Notes: generated from the sequence alone by a model not told the origin. DNA of 64,000 nucleotides from Desulfatiglandales bacterium (GCA_963667015.2 CAXXJJ010000004.1:480001-544000); one strand, 5' to 3'. Shown: positions 40,393-50,748, counted from the first letter of the stretch. Numbers and translations are program-made.

Positions 40393-41850
40393 TTATACAG
40401 CCTTAAGTGTTTCCACCAGAAAATCCCAGAATTTTCTGACAGAAGGTATATGCAGCTTTTCATCGGGCGAATGGGGGAATTTTATGGTTGGGCCGACTGA
40501 TACCATGTCCATTCCTTTAAAAACAGACCCTATGATTCCGCATTCAAGTCCTGCATGGATGACTTTTACGTCAGGCCTTTTATTGAAGAGGTTTTTGTAT
40601 ACCTGCTGTGTAACCTGTAAAAGCCTTGAATCCATGTCCGGCTTCCATCCGGGATAGGACCCTTCATGATTTACTTCGCATTTGCATAGGTCCGCAATGC
40701 CGGTGAAAACATTGCTCAGATCTGTTTTTGCGGAATCCGATGAGCTTCGTAATAAACTCAAAACCTCAATAATATTTTTTGATGCGTCTGATTTGACAAC
40801 AGCCAGGTTGGTCGATGTTTCAACAATATCAGGCATGTCTTTGATCATACGGATTACACCGTCAGGAACAGCATAAACAGCGTTCAATAAAATTTCCTGC
40901 GTATGTATGTCAATCAGGTGATCAAAGGTACTTTCTGCGGGATTTGCTTTAAAAGAAAAATCAGGTTCTGTTGATGATAATTCATTTTTTATTACATTGC
41001 CGAATTCGGTAATCAGGTTCAGGAATTGCTTTTCTTTATCAGAGGGAATTGCAGCTGTCACAAATGATTCCCTTGGAATTGCGTTACGCAGGCTGCCTCC
41101 TTCGATATCAGCGATTCGCAATCCGAATTCCCGGGATGCAGTCCACAGCATCCTGTTCATCAGTTTATTTGCATTACCGCGACCGAGATTAATATCAACA
41201 CCTGAATGTCCACCCTTTAGGCCTGTAAGGCTGATCTTATATATTTTCATTCCTGATGTGACAGGTTCCGGCGTATATTTGAATGTAAGGGTTGAATTCA
41301 ACCCTCCTGCGCAGCCAATGCAGATTTCTCCTTCATCTTCCGAATCAAGGTTTATCATGATCCTGCCCTTTAATGCATCAGGGTTCAGGTTGAATGCTCC
41401 GGTCATTCCGGTTTCTTCATCAACTGTGAACAGGGCTTCTACCGGACTATGGAGAAGTTCCCTTGATTCGAGAACTGCCAGCACTGCAGCCACTCCTATG
41501 CCATTGTCAGCGCCGAGTGTGGTGCCCTGTGCCTTTACCCATTCTCCATCTATATATGTTTTTATTGGGTCTTTTTCAAAATCATGAACAGTTCCAGAAT
41601 TTTTTTGACAGACCATATCCAGATGCGCCTGCAGAATTACAGCAGGTCTGTTTTCATATCCATCAGAAGCATCTTTACGGATTACTATGTTGCCGGCACT
41701 GTCTTTAATGTATTCCAGGTTATGGCTCACAGCAAAATCGATTATATATTCAATTATCTTTTCTTCTTTATTTGAAGGCCTTGGAATAGCACATATTTCA
41801 TAAAAGTATTTCCGGAGGGATTCAGGTGATAGTTCTTTGTTTTCTGTCAT
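40393..41850 (-). CDS. pepD: Aminoacyl-histidine dipeptidase (M20C)
   Basis: QAHLDMV, TLGADNGIG, DEETGM, NLDSE, GGHSG, IHAGLECG, HSPDE. Confidence 0.93.
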   Translation of the reverse strand: MTENKELSPESLRKYFYEICAIPRPSNKEEKIIEYIIDFAVSHNLEYIKDSAGNIVIRKDASDGYENRPAVILQAHLDMVCQKNSGTVHDFEKDPIKTYIDGEWVKAQGTTLGADNGIGVAAVLAVLESRELLHSPVEALFTVDEETGMTGAFNLNPDALKGRIMINLDSEDEGEICIGCAGGLNSTLTFKYTPEPVTSGMKIYKISLTGLKGGHSGVDINLGRGNANKLMNRMLWTASREFGLRIADIEGGSLRNAIPRESFVTAAIPSDKEKQFLNLITEFGNVIKNELSSTEPDFSFKANPAESTFDHLIDIHTQEILLNAVYAVPDGVIRMIKDMPDIVETSTNLAVVKSDASKNIIEVLSLLRSSSDSAKTDLSNVFTGIADLCKCEVNHEGSYPGWKPDMDSRLLQVTQQVYKNLFNKRPDVKVIHAGLECGIIGSVFKGMDMVSVGPTIKFPHSPDEKLHIPSVRKFWDFLVETLKAV

Positions 41851-41944
41851 GATAAGTTCCTTGGAAGATTAATTTTTTTTAAAAATACTACAGGAGTTGA
41901 AAACAGGCAATGACTTTTATCGACTTTAATAAAATCCCCAAAAT

Positions 41945-42001
41945 GGGACGCTCTTAATAAATTTAGTTGTAATAAGTTATTGAATTTTAAAAGAGCCTAC
42001 C
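41945..42001. repeat. GGGAC-type AT-core hairpin element
   Basis: GGGACGCTCTT...AAGAGCCTACC; similar to the reverse complement of 58932-58990. Confidence 0.6.
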
Positions 42002-42194
42002 GCTTTATACCGATCCTGATTTTTTATATCGACTTTTTCATGCAAAAAAAAGCGCAATATAGGCCCTGATTGGAAGGTGTTTTTAAAGGTAAGTCAATTT
42101 ATTCCAGGGAGTTTACCCTGTGAAATTCGCATAGTGAGATGTGAAGCATCGTTTAACCGGGGTTAGCCTGGTCCGACCAAGATTCATTAGCTTA

Positions 42195-42569
42195 TCAGAA
42201 GGAGAACTTCTTTTTCATTATCAGAAATGTCAGGCAGTTAACGACAGCAGCAAAAATCAGGATTTCCTTCAGCCCGACCGGAGGCAGATTCAAAAGATTT
42301 TTTAATATTATATTTTCATACCATTGTCCTAATGGCACTAAACCGAAATAGGAAATGAAAACAAGGAAAAGGCATATGACAGGTATAGCTATGGATATTA
42401 CAGGCCTTAAAATGCCGGTTTTCGGATGCAGTGCATCTTTGAGCTGCCTTTGCATAGTATATCGGGTTAACAGTCTACGCTTCCAATCGCTGCTGATCAG
42501 GGGCTCGAGCGAGGGCTGATACAGGGCAGCATTGCGAAGGTGTTCTTTAACCGTCAGATTATCTGTCAT
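42195..42569 (-). CDS. Two-TM membrane protein, probable anti-sigma factor
   Basis: Start overlaps the ECF sigma stop; soluble N-terminus plus two TM helices. Confidence 0.55.
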   Translation of the reverse strand: MTDNLTVKEHLRNAALYQPSLEPLISSDWKRRLLTRYTMQRQLKDALHPKTGILRPVISIAIPVICLFLVFISYFGLVPLGQWYENIILKNLLNLPPVGLKEILIFAAVVNCLTFLIMKKKFSF

Positions 42570-43107
42570 GAGGTCTCTCCAGTAATCCTTTCAATCGCGC
42601 CAGGGCCCTGTGTATCCTTGCCTTTACTGTTCCAATCGGGATGTCAAGGCTTTGCGCCAGTTCGGTTGTCGTCAGTTCTTCGAGATATCTCAGTGCAAGT
42701 ATCTCACGATCCTTTATCCCGAGTTTTGAGAGTGCCTGCTGTACCTGTTCTGCAGTTTCCTTTCTCTCTAAAACATCAATGATGCTATCACCCGGATCAG
42801 GCTGTTCATTTTCCTCATGGGCCGGCGCTTCTATCCGGGCTGTGCGGTTCTGTTTTTCAATATATCTTAAACTTTCTCTCCATGCTATCTTATAAAGCCA
42901 TGAGGAAAGTTTGCTGTCACCGCGAAAATCAGGCAGCCCGTTCAGGGCCCGGTAAAAAACCCGATAAAGAACATCTTCCGCATCGCCTACACGCATTCGG
43001 CGAATACAGGACAGCACAAATTCCTCCCATTCCTCAACAAAAAGATCAGCTCTTTTGGGAGTCAGGGGCAGATACCGGTTTATTTTCTCACATGGGGCAA
43101 TGGCCAA
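42559..43107 (-). CDS. ECF RNA polymerase sigma factor
   Basis: DAEDV, FRGDSKLSSWLYKIA (region 2); LRYLEE...LDIPIGTVKARIHRA (region 4). Confidence 0.9.
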   Translation of the reverse strand: MAIAPCEKINRYLPLTPKRADLFVEEWEEFVLSCIRRMRVGDAEDVLYRVFYRALNGLPDFRGDSKLSSWLYKIAWRESLRYIEKQNRTARIEAPAHEENEQPDPGDSIIDVLERKETAEQVQQALSKLGIKDREILALRYLEELTTTELAQSLDIPIGTVKARIHRALARLKGLLERPHDR

Positions 43108-43150
43108 CCTGTCACATTCCTGTCTTATTTCCGCTTGCTACTCTATTTAT

Positions 43151-43218
43151 TTAGAACCGCCTTTTCTTAAAAAGGTTGCACAAAAAAAATGCAACCATTT
43201 AAGAAATACCAGGGTCAA
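43151..43218. promoter_or_regulatory. Back-to-back ECF-type promoters
   Basis: Plus strand GCAACC-N16-GGTCAA; minus strand GCAACC-N16-GTTCTA. Confidence 0.55.
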
Positions 43219-43301
43219 ATCATATAACAGTGCTTTGACAGAAAATATTTTTGTCAAAACCGATTATTAAAGCGTATGTAAAACATATACAGGAGGATTT
43301 T

Positions 43302-43670
43302 ATGGAAGCCGTACTAATTCCCATTTTCGCGATTGTTTTTTCTCTTTCTATACCGATTATTGCAATAATTGTCGAATATTTTAATCGAAGAAATAAAATG
43401 AGGGTTCTTGAAAAAGCTATTGAAAAAGATGTTCCGCTTGATGGGCTGTCTTTGGAAGAAAACAAGCCCAGAATGCCCTACCGTTCTGGAATGGTGACTC
43501 TGGCCGTGGGAATTGGAATCGGTATTTTTGCCGTTTTAATCGGTCAAATGGAGGCTGATGCACTTTATCCCTTACTCGGATTAGCTTCCATTCCAGCGTT
43601 AATTGGCATTGCATTTCTGATCAATGATAAGATCAATTACGACAGGTATTTTAAGCAGGATATTGATTAG
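43302..43670 (+). CDS. DUF6249-like membrane protein
   Basis: AGGAGG RBS; TM, then LEKAIEKDVPL, then GMVTLAVGIG...IPALIGIAFLI; divergent from the ECF sigma. Confidence 0.7.
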   Translation: MEAVLIPIFAIVFSLSIPIIAIIVEYFNRRNKMRVLEKAIEKDVPLDGLSLEENKPRMPYRSGMVTLAVGIGIGIFAVLIGQMEADALYPLLGLASIPALIGIAFLINDKINYDRYFKQDID

Positions 43671-43733
43671 CCTGAATAATAAAAGCAAATCTGTATGGGA
43701 GCAGGTGATTTATAGTTAAACACAGGATAAAAA

Positions 43734-44948
43734 ATGAAGAAGTTTTATGTACTACGCATTATTGGCATCTCAATCCTGATTGCTGCAGCATTGAATGCAG
43801 CATCATTTGCAGAAGATGAAAGAAATAACATCACAATCGGGGAGAAAGCCACAATCTTTTCAAAAATACTCAATGAAAAACGTACAATACTTGTGAGTAC
43901 ACCCGCAGGTTATGAAGAGGACGCAGAAGTTTATCCGGTGATGTTCCTGCTCGATGGCGAAACTCATTTCCAGTACGTCGCAGCACTTGCAAAATATCTT
44001 GGCAGTATAAAGTCGATTCCGCCAATGCTGGTTGTCGGTATCCAAAATACCGATCGTACCCGCGACATGACACCGCTCTCACAAAAGCCTGATGAGATAA
44101 AACGCTTTCCGTCGCATGGCGGAGCGGAGAATTTTCTTGCATTCATTACCAAAGAACTTGCACCGTGGCTGAAGGATAATTATCGAACCGGTTCATACAG
44201 TATCCTGGCAGGTCATTCCCACGGCGGACTGTTTGCCATAAATGCAATGTTTACAGATCCCGCAGCGTTTAATGCCTATCTGGCTATCAGCACCAGTCTG
44301 CAATGGAATGATCAAAGCCTTGTTAAAGAGGCTGATGTTTTTTTTGGTAATACAAAACTTCCTGACTTCAGTCTGTTTTTATCAGCAGGCAATGAAGGCG
44401 GTTCACTTCTCGGAGGGATAAGAAAGTTTTCAGGTATACTTGACGAAAAGGCGCCTGAAAATATTGACTGGCATTTTGAGCATATGCCGACGGAGTCACA
44501 TGCATCTGTTTCGTTACGAAGTACTCAACTGGGACTGCTGTTCATTTTCTCAGATTGGGAATTATCTGATCCCCTGAAAACATACAATGAATCAGGTATG
44601 GGCGCCATTGAACAGTTCTATGAAAAGCGGGATAAAAAGTACGGGTACAACACCGGAGTGCCCGCGCATATTATTATCAGACTCATTGCAGAAAATGCTG
44701 CTGCAGGATCGATAGATTCAGCAACTGATCTGTTATTTAAATACTATGAGGTTGTGAAACCGCCTGCCTTTTTCCTGGAAAACCTTGCAAATGAAAACCG
44801 TAAGCAGGGAAACAGAGATAAAGCAATAGAACTGTACAGACTGGTTTTGAAGGCCAGCCCGGACAGTCAAAGTACCAAAAAGGCGCTTACAGAACTTGAG
44901 CGCACAAAAACAGTAAAGAGCAATATTGCTTCTGGAACAGGGGAATAA
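43734..44948 (+). CDS. Secreted alpha/beta esterase (IroE/BesA-like) with C-terminal TPR
   Basis: FSKILNEKRTI, YPVMFLLDG, RTRDMTP, GHSHGG, ESH; TPR-like tail. Confidence 0.82.
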   Translation: MKKFYVLRIIGISILIAAALNAASFAEDERNNITIGEKATIFSKILNEKRTILVSTPAGYEEDAEVYPVMFLLDGETHFQYVAALAKYLGSIKSIPPMLVVGIQNTDRTRDMTPLSQKPDEIKRFPSHGGAENFLAFITKELAPWLKDNYRTGSYSILAGHSHGGLFAINAMFTDPAAFNAYLAISTSLQWNDQSLVKEADVFFGNTKLPDFSLFLSAGNEGGSLLGGIRKFSGILDEKAPENIDWHFEHMPTESHASVSLRSTQLGLLFIFSDWELSDPLKTYNESGMGAIEQFYEKRDKKYGYNTGVPAHIIIRLIAENAAAGSIDSATDLLFKYYEVVKPPAFFLENLANENRKQGNRDKAIELYRLVLKASPDSQSTKKALTELERTKTVKSNIASGTGE

Positions 44949-44949
44949 A

Positions 44950-44999
44950 GGGGTCTGCCCTTGACATCGGCGCTTTGTCCCATATCGAGGTTTGCCCCC
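44950..44999. repeat. GGGGTC...GCCCC palindromic element immediately after a stop codon
   Basis: GGGGTCTGCCCTTGACAT...ATATCGAGGTTTGCCCCC. Confidence 0.6.
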
Positions 45000-45098
45000 A
45001 ATGTCTTTTTTTAAGTTTTGATTCCTGATAAAGTATCCTTACTTCCAGGAATCATCTTTTGACTCCTGCCCTTATTCATTTACGTGTTTAACTTATCT

Positions 45099-47543
45099 TT
45101 AAAGACCTCGTCGAGAGTTACCAAATTCGTCATGCCCTAAGTTATTAGGAGCGTTACCAAAGTTGTTACGCCCAATAGGGCCGGAGGCCAGGCTGAATGC
45201 AATAGGCAGCTTAACTTTTATTTTTACGGGCCTACCCTGATAATATGCAGGGCTGAATATAAAGTTTTTAGCGCATTCAATCGCTGCATCAGCAAATCCC
45301 TTATGTGTCAAAGAAAATACTTTTAAATCTTCCGGTATACCATTTTCACCAATGATTATATCAAGGACTACGCGACCTTGAATTCCCTGTTTTTGCAATT
45401 CAACTGGGTAACGAGGGGGGAATGGTTTGATAATTCGTGGCGGTCGATCGACTTCCGACAGTTCCCATGTCTTTTTTTCTATTTCTTCACATTCAAGTAT
45501 AAATTGCATATCGACAACTGCCGAACATTTTTTACCTGAAAGATCTTTAGGCGCGGTAAACCGCCATTTTGTAATTGTTTCCATCACTACTTTATCAAGC
45601 TCATGAATCTCAGAGTCTATCATTTTTGGAAAAAGAACTTTCCCTTCATCATCAATTAATACTTTTACTTTAAATTTTCTTGAACCATATTTTCTTTTCA
45701 GGTCCATCGGGTAATATATTGGTGTTTGTTCAATAATTTTTGGTTTTTCTGAGAGAGCCATTACATTTGTAATTCCAAGTTTCCGGCCTTCATCTATTTT
45801 TGCGCCATGTTCCAGAAGCAATCTAAGAATTTCATTCGCTGAATAATATTGAGCCACCAATGTTGAGGGGTATTTGTCATAAAATAGAAAATTCGCATCA
45901 AGACATTGGCTAAGCGCAAGATCCACTGCCTCAGGCATATCATACCTGAAGGCCAGTTCCATTAGCTCAAGGGCGATTTCATGGTCTAAATCACACTGTG
46001 CACCGGCGTCTAAAAGTATATTCATGCTTTTACGATAACCGAGCATTGCAGCCAGCCAGAAAGGAGATTTTCCTGTTCTGTCTTTTGTTTCAATATCAAC
46101 GTTATAGGAGAGAAGCAGATCAATTATTTCAGGATCGTTTCGGAGAACAGCTGCTTCTATTGCCGATAAACCGTCCTTTGATTTCCTGTTTACATTTGCA
46201 CCTTTTTCAAGAAGGTATTTTACAACTTCAGGCCTTCCTGTAAGGCAGGCACTCATGAGCGGTGTTATATCTTTTTCACCTGTTTTACTGATTTTGGCAC
46301 CTGAATTGATTAAAAGCTTTACCACATCAAGACTGGATGATCCGGCAGCAACAATAAGAGGAGTTGTTCCGTATAACTCTTTATCAGCATCTGCCTTCTT
46401 ATCCAGAAGGAGCGATACTGTATTGTAATTATTCCCTGAAATATTATCTATCATAACAAGCTGCTGGTTTTCCGCATCGGCTGCTAATTTGGCATTTTTT
46501 GAGGCAAGCAATCCCACAATAGAATCTGCTTTCCGGTTAATGGCATAATCGACGGGAGAAAAACCAGATTTATCTGCACCATTTACATTTTTCATGTATT
46601 GAACAAGTATTTTTACTATGTCTTCATGGCCGCAATATGATGCGAAATGAAGTGCACTTCTTTTATCTTTATTATTGTATTTAATAAGTTCGGCATCCTT
46701 TTGCAGCAGCAGCGCAACAATATCTTCATGACCGGTTGCAGAGGCAATAAGAAGCGGAGTCATGCTGTTATCATTTTTTTCCCTGGCATTTGCTCCTTTG
46801 GAAAGAAGTTTTTTCATTATCTCCGTACGGCCAAGAGCAGCAGCATAATGTATTGCCCTGTTGCCGCAAATATCTTCAGCTTTTAAATAGCTGCCGGCAG
46901 CAGCGTTTTCAAATGATTTCAGGTCTCCTGATATGATGGACTTGAATAGATCCATATTGTCTGACCATAATGATTGAGGGGGAATAAAACTGTTATCCTT
47001 CCATAGCAAAAATATTGGAAACCCACTATGTCCTTTTGAGTTTATGTCAACTGAAGCGAAGATTCCAGTTAGTCCGCCTTTGGAGTAGGGATGTACTGAT
47101 AAATCACTTATAGCTGATAATTCTGTGTCCGGTTCATACCAGCATAAAATACTGTATGAGTTATTCATCAACCCCTCATCCCAGATTTTAAAAATAGAAC
47201 TGATATCAGTGTTGTTCCATGCATTCCTGATGGATTCTTTTCCAATTGTAACTGCAGCACTTGAAGAGTTTTTACTGTTTTGCATGACAATATAGTTCAC
47301 AGGAATAAAGCCAAATGATAGGATGTCAGCATCATTTTGACGGAGAGCAAATGTTTTGCCTTTGGGAAGATATTTTTTTTCTCCATTTTCAAGGTAATAG
47401 GGCTTTGAGTTTTCAATTCCGTCAATCTTTTTAACTATTCCATTCTCAGAATATACCAGCTCCGGCTGACACCAGGCCGAACTCGATATTCCATAAACCA
47501 GAAAAATAATAAAAAGAATCACAGGGGTAGCTTTCATATGCAT
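45099..47543 (-). CDS. Exported ankyrin-repeat protein with two TonB C-terminal domains
   Basis: Signal peptide; repeated TPL/ALH ankyrin units; YPMDL...WRFTAP and PRYPVEL..GIQGRVVL...FIFSPA. Confidence 0.8.
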   Translation of the reverse strand: MHMKATPVILFIIFLVYGISSSAWCQPELVYSENGIVKKIDGIENSKPYYLENGEKKYLPKGKTFALRQNDADILSFGFIPVNYIVMQNSKNSSSAAVTIGKESIRNAWNNTDISSIFKIWDEGLMNNSYSILCWYEPDTELSAISDLSVHPYSKGGLTGIFASVDINSKGHSGFPIFLLWKDNSFIPPQSLWSDNMDLFKSIISGDLKSFENAAAGSYLKAEDICGNRAIHYAAALGRTEIMKKLLSKGANAREKNDNSMTPLLIASATGHEDIVALLLQKDAELIKYNNKDKRSALHFASYCGHEDIVKILVQYMKNVNGADKSGFSPVDYAINRKADSIVGLLASKNAKLAADAENQQLVMIDNISGNNYNTVSLLLDKKADADKELYGTTPLIVAAGSSSLDVVKLLINSGAKISKTGEKDITPLMSACLTGRPEVVKYLLEKGANVNRKSKDGLSAIEAAVLRNDPEIIDLLLSYNVDIETKDRTGKSPFWLAAMLGYRKSMNILLDAGAQCDLDHEIALELMELAFRYDMPEAVDLALSQCLDANFLFYDKYPSTLVAQYYSANEILRLLLEHGAKIDEGRKLGITNVMALSEKPKIIEQTPIYYPMDLKRKYGSRKFKVKVLIDDEGKVLFPKMIDSEIHELDKVVMETITKWRFTAPKDLSGKKCSAVVDMQFILECEEIEKKTWELSEVDRPPRIIKPFPPRYPVELQKQGIQGRVVLDIIIGENGIPEDLKVFSLTHKGFADAAIECAKNFIFSPAYYQGRPVKIKVKLPIAFSLASGPIGRNNFGNAPNNLGHDEFGNSRRGL

Positions 47544-47617
47544 TCCTCTCTTTTTTATACCGACTCAGTTATTTTTTTTGATATGGATTTTGATAAGAAT
47601 TACTTTTAGTTGAATGG

Positions 47618-47646
47618 ACTATATGGGGTTGCCTGTGGCAAGTCAA
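47618..47646 (-). promoter_or_regulatory. Putative sigma70 promoter
   Basis: TTGACT-N17-TATAGT. Confidence 0.55.
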
Positions 47647-47740
47647 TATAATTCAGCAACAGTCCTTCCTTCCTATTTGTTACTACAAACCGCGACTGTG
47701 GTATCAGGGGACGTCCCACTAGGCTGGGTAATGTGATGCT

Positions 47741-47803
47741 GGACGCTGTTAGGTTATAAGGTTGCTATGATTATGGTTAAACCTGATAACCTTACAGCGT
47801 CTC
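47741..47803. repeat. GGACGCTG-type hairpin element, copy 1
   Basis: GGACGCTGTTAGGTTATAAGGTT...AACCTGATAACCTTACAGCGTCT; second copy at 63585. Confidence 0.75.
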
Positions 47804-47819
47804 CATCTACACTACTGTT

Positions 47820-48617
47820 TTAATCGGGAAACAATTCCGAAAGATGGCCCAGCTTTCCTGCTTTTTCATTACCCACATAATAATCATCACCCACCAGAAC
47901 AACGCTGACAGGTCCTTTACCCTTCAGTTTGCGAAATTCACTGAAATCCGGCTGAGCTTCCGGTAGCTGATCCGGGATATCTTTTGCTTTACCTATGGGC
48001 ATCATTGGAAAATCACCAAAGGTGATACCATATTGACCGTAATACTCTTTCATTTCTTTGGGCAGAGAGGAGTCTGGATCTTTTGTGACGATAATAACAA
48101 CGTGGGTTTCAAGCAGTTCTCTTTTCTCTTCCGGGATTTCGGTTACTATCTTGATGATATTATCCAGGCTTTCAGCCCTGCCCTTTTCTTCATCGTAGTT
48201 TTTGTGGAATTTATCCATGCTGATAAAGGTTTTTAGTGGAACATTCGCATTCTCAAGGTATCGATCAAAAAACCTGCGACACCTTTCAAGGCTGTGAAAA
48301 TAGCTTCCGTTTGTATTATAGCTTGGTAAAGCCCCTGAATTCGCTGATTTTATGAGGATGTCCATAAAATCTTTTCCATTGTCCTTCCATAGAGTGGGTT
48401 CACCGCCCGTGTAATTGTGATTCCATTTTGTGCCATCGATCTCAACGCTTTCTGTTATAGCGGTATTCACCTGCTCCCAGGAGAGCTTATAACCCGGCTT
48501 GATAATATGATCCTCATTATTACCGATGTAGATATAACCGCAGTGTTCACAATTGAAGTTGCATTCATAAAGAAGAGAGATACCCATTACATTTGTAAAG
48601 GGAGACATTTGTTCCAT
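47820..48617 (-). CDS. Radical SAM protein, function unknown
   Basis: CNFNCEHC, TGGEPTL, TNG, ISMD; AGGAGG RBS. Confidence 0.85.
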   Translation of the reverse strand: MEQMSPFTNVMGISLLYECNFNCEHCGYIYIGNNEDHIIKPGYKLSWEQVNTAITESVEIDGTKWNHNYTGGEPTLWKDNGKDFMDILIKSANSGALPSYNTNGSYFHSLERCRRFFDRYLENANVPLKTFISMDKFHKNYDEEKGRAESLDNIIKIVTEIPEEKRELLETHVVIIVTKDPDSSLPKEMKEYYGQYGITFGDFPMMPIGKAKDIPDQLPEAQPDFSEFRKLKGKGPVSVVLVGDDYYVGNEKAGKLGHLSELFPD

Positions 48618-48674
48618 GCTTACCTCCTGAGATTAATGGTTTAAAGACCTGATAATGTTACTTTTGCATTTTTT

Positions 48675-49775
48675 TTAATCCGGCTTAATGTCTATTTTCC
48701 AGTGATCTGCGATAGATTTTAATTCATCCGGTGTCAGATAGGTAACCGCTCCGTGTTTAGGACGTTCGAAGTTGGTGCCTTTCATAACACCTTCATTGAA
48801 ATGACCAATATCTTTATACTTAATGAAGTCTTTTGTTTCACTGAATCCCATATTATTGGGCCTGGCTCCGTATACATCATACATCAGCACCCAGGTATCC
48901 GTCCCCAGGCGCTTGAATACATTGGGCGCTTCAGTGGATTTTGTCTCCGGATCGATACGCCTGGATTCAGATATGTATCCCGTGTTGATTTTATTCGAAA
49001 CAGCATGGAAAACTTTAGCATCCGAAACATAGTGCTGATGATATTTGCTTCCGACTCTGGTAATGTCACTATCAATACCATTAATATCGGGTATCATCTT
49101 CGGCACTGTTTCCAGCCTGGTAAAGGCATCATCAGCATAGGACCAATAGATATTGGCGTTTTTATTGTTGTAGCGGATGGTGAAATAGACCATCATTTTA
49201 TCTTTGTCCTGATCATAAACGGTCTGGGGTGCCCAGGAGCAGTCAATATCTCCCAGTTCAGGAAAGGCCTTATCCACCCGGAAATCGGAATGGGTCCAGT
49301 GGATCAGGTCATAAGATTTCATAAGCACAATAGCGCGATTGTTACCCCAGCCGTACTTTTCTTCCGGCCTCTGCCATTTGGTCTTCCTGTAGCCGGCAGA
49401 CTGGCCGAAAATATGCAAATCAGTCATGGCAAGGTAAAAACCTCCATCCGGGCCGCGCGTGATGTGAGGATCTCGAACGCCTTTCTGCTCAGCCAGTTTT
49501 GAGCCGTCAAAAATCGGATTGCCTTCATTGAGGTCTGTAAAGGCATAACCATCCCGGCTGACAGCCATGTAGGCTGATTGGGTCTGGTCCTTGAAATAGA
49601 CCATCAGGTAGCCGCCGAAATCCTTTTCAGTTAAAACACGTGGATTATCAGGCTTATCAAGAGAGGATACAATCACAATACCGCCTGTTTGTGTTGTGTC
49701 CTGAATTGTCTCGGCTGTGAGATTTCCTCCAATTGTCATAAGAAATATCAGGATGGGAAAAAATATATGCTTCAC
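48675..49775 (-). CDS. Secreted GH43-like beta-propeller glycoside hydrolase
   Basis: GYLMVYF, GVRDPHI, MTDL, SWAPQ, IDSDI, TEAP, LMYD, PKHG. Confidence 0.8.
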   Translation of the reverse strand: MKHIFFPILIFLMTIGGNLTAETIQDTTQTGGIVIVSSLDKPDNPRVLTEKDFGGYLMVYFKDQTQSAYMAVSRDGYAFTDLNEGNPIFDGSKLAEQKGVRDPHITRGPDGGFYLAMTDLHIFGQSAGYRKTKWQRPEEKYGWGNNRAIVLMKSYDLIHWTHSDFRVDKAFPELGDIDCSWAPQTVYDQDKDKMMVYFTIRYNNKNANIYWSYADDAFTRLETVPKMIPDINGIDSDITRVGSKYHQHYVSDAKVFHAVSNKINTGYISESRRIDPETKSTEAPNVFKRLGTDTWVLMYDVYGARPNNMGFSETKDFIKYKDIGHFNEGVMKGTNFERPKHGAVTYLTPDELKSIADHWKIDIKPD

Positions 49776-49819
49776 GAGATTCTCCTTTGTGTATTGTTAA
49801 AGCAGCGTGCCGGTTGGGT

Positions 49820-49890
49820 TAAGCGAAGCAACCCAACTAAGACGCTGTCTCCACCGTGCCAAGAGTCAAGAGCGGACTTGACCCCTTAAC
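49820..49890 (+). repeat. 71-bp element ending GACTTGACCCCTTAAC, copy 1, preceded by a GTTGGGTT..AACCCAAC REP-like palindrome
   Basis: 67/71 identical to 50749-50819 (manual count). Confidence 0.9.
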
Positions 49891-49907
49891 TCATTACCCG
49901 GATTATT

Positions 49908-50075
49908 ATTTTTGAGACTGCTATTTGGCCATTTTGCCAGCATTGGCATTCTGGCCAAATAGCATATTATGCCTGTCAGAAGAGTTTTAATGTTTTGAGG
50001 TATTGTCCCCTGGCCTTCAATAGTTTTGCCGGTTTCACCTTTGAAAAAGTTGCCAATAGTCAAAGGCAGATCTGA
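49908..50075 (+). repeat. About 170-bp non-coding repeat, copy 1
   Basis: Highly similar to 59121-59293 (shared ATGCCTGTCAGAAGAGTTTT...GAGGTATTGTCCCCTGGCCTTC...GCCAATAGTCAAAGGCAGATCTG). Confidence 0.88.
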
Positions 50076-50100
50076 CTTACCCTTTAATGGATGACCCCTT
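50051..50100 (+). repeat. 50-bp inverted-repeat arm, partner at 58479-58528
   Basis: 44/50 match to the reverse complement of 58479-58528 (manual count). Confidence 0.85.
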
Positions 50101-50104
50101 TCAC

Positions 50105-50692
50105 TTAAGCTCGATTCACCAATGCATCCATTTTATTTTTAAATGCTGTCCTTTCATCAAGTGATGCAGGGTTCCTTAAAAGTTTTATATAATCTTCAAG
50201 ATCTTCTTTAAGTGCTCTATGCACGAACATTCTATTCACTGTTTCTGGCGTAGTCATTCTGTCATAGAGATCTCCGACTGACCAAACTAAAGCCGAGCTT
50301 TGAACTTCTGCTTGATGAAGAATTCCACATCGAAACTGTGTATAAAATGCATGAAGTTCGTGCTCAGTAGTAAAATATGGTGAAAATCGTGGACTTTCTT
50401 TTAAGAAGTTTTTAAAAACTCTAGCTGACTGCCCATTTGTGTCTGGCAAACCCTCTCTAAAAGCCTGAAGTGTTTCCATAAGAAGGAAGTCAATTGCCAG
50501 CGTAGTAAAACCGAATCTTTTATTCTTAGAGGTAACTTTCTTTTCAGCTTCAATTAAAATATCAACTGGGTCTATATATCTTGCAAACAGACGTTGCTTA
50601 AAAACATCTATTGCTTTTTGCCAGTCATCTTCGCTATTTTCCAATTCAAGTTGTTTCCAATCTGCATCGCTGAAATTTGGCGCAATATCCAT
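50105..50692 (-). CDS. Hypothetical protein, HEPN-like
   Basis: Helical protein with FRCGILHQ (RxxxxH); GGAG RBS. Confidence 0.6.
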   Translation of the reverse strand: MDIAPNFSDADWKQLELENSEDDWQKAIDVFKQRLFARYIDPVDILIEAEKKVTSKNKRFGFTTLAIDFLLMETLQAFREGLPDTNGQSARVFKNFLKESPRFSPYFTTEHELHAFYTQFRCGILHQAEVQSSALVWSVGDLYDRMTTPETVNRMFVHRALKEDLEDYIKLLRNPASLDERTAFKNKMDALVNRA

Positions 50693-50748
50693 ATTAGCTC
50701 CTATTGATATTTTGATTTAAACTTAACAAGTTATTTGGTGGATCTGTA

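Noticed and set aside
48753..49502. 249-aa plus-strand ORF
   Set aside because: Antisense shadow of the GH43-like gene
49689..50063. Short ORFs over repeats (49689-49889, 49866-50063; also 58334-58537, 55683-55913)
   Set aside because: They are translations of the repeat elements or IS ends (e.g. CQESRADLTP) without credible RBS
50095..50740. Classical integron cassette (GTTAAGT before the HEPN-like gene, GCTTAA at its stop)
   Set aside because: No complete RYYYAAC...GTTRRRY attC with L boxes could be built and there is no intI in the window; an integron origin is not excluded
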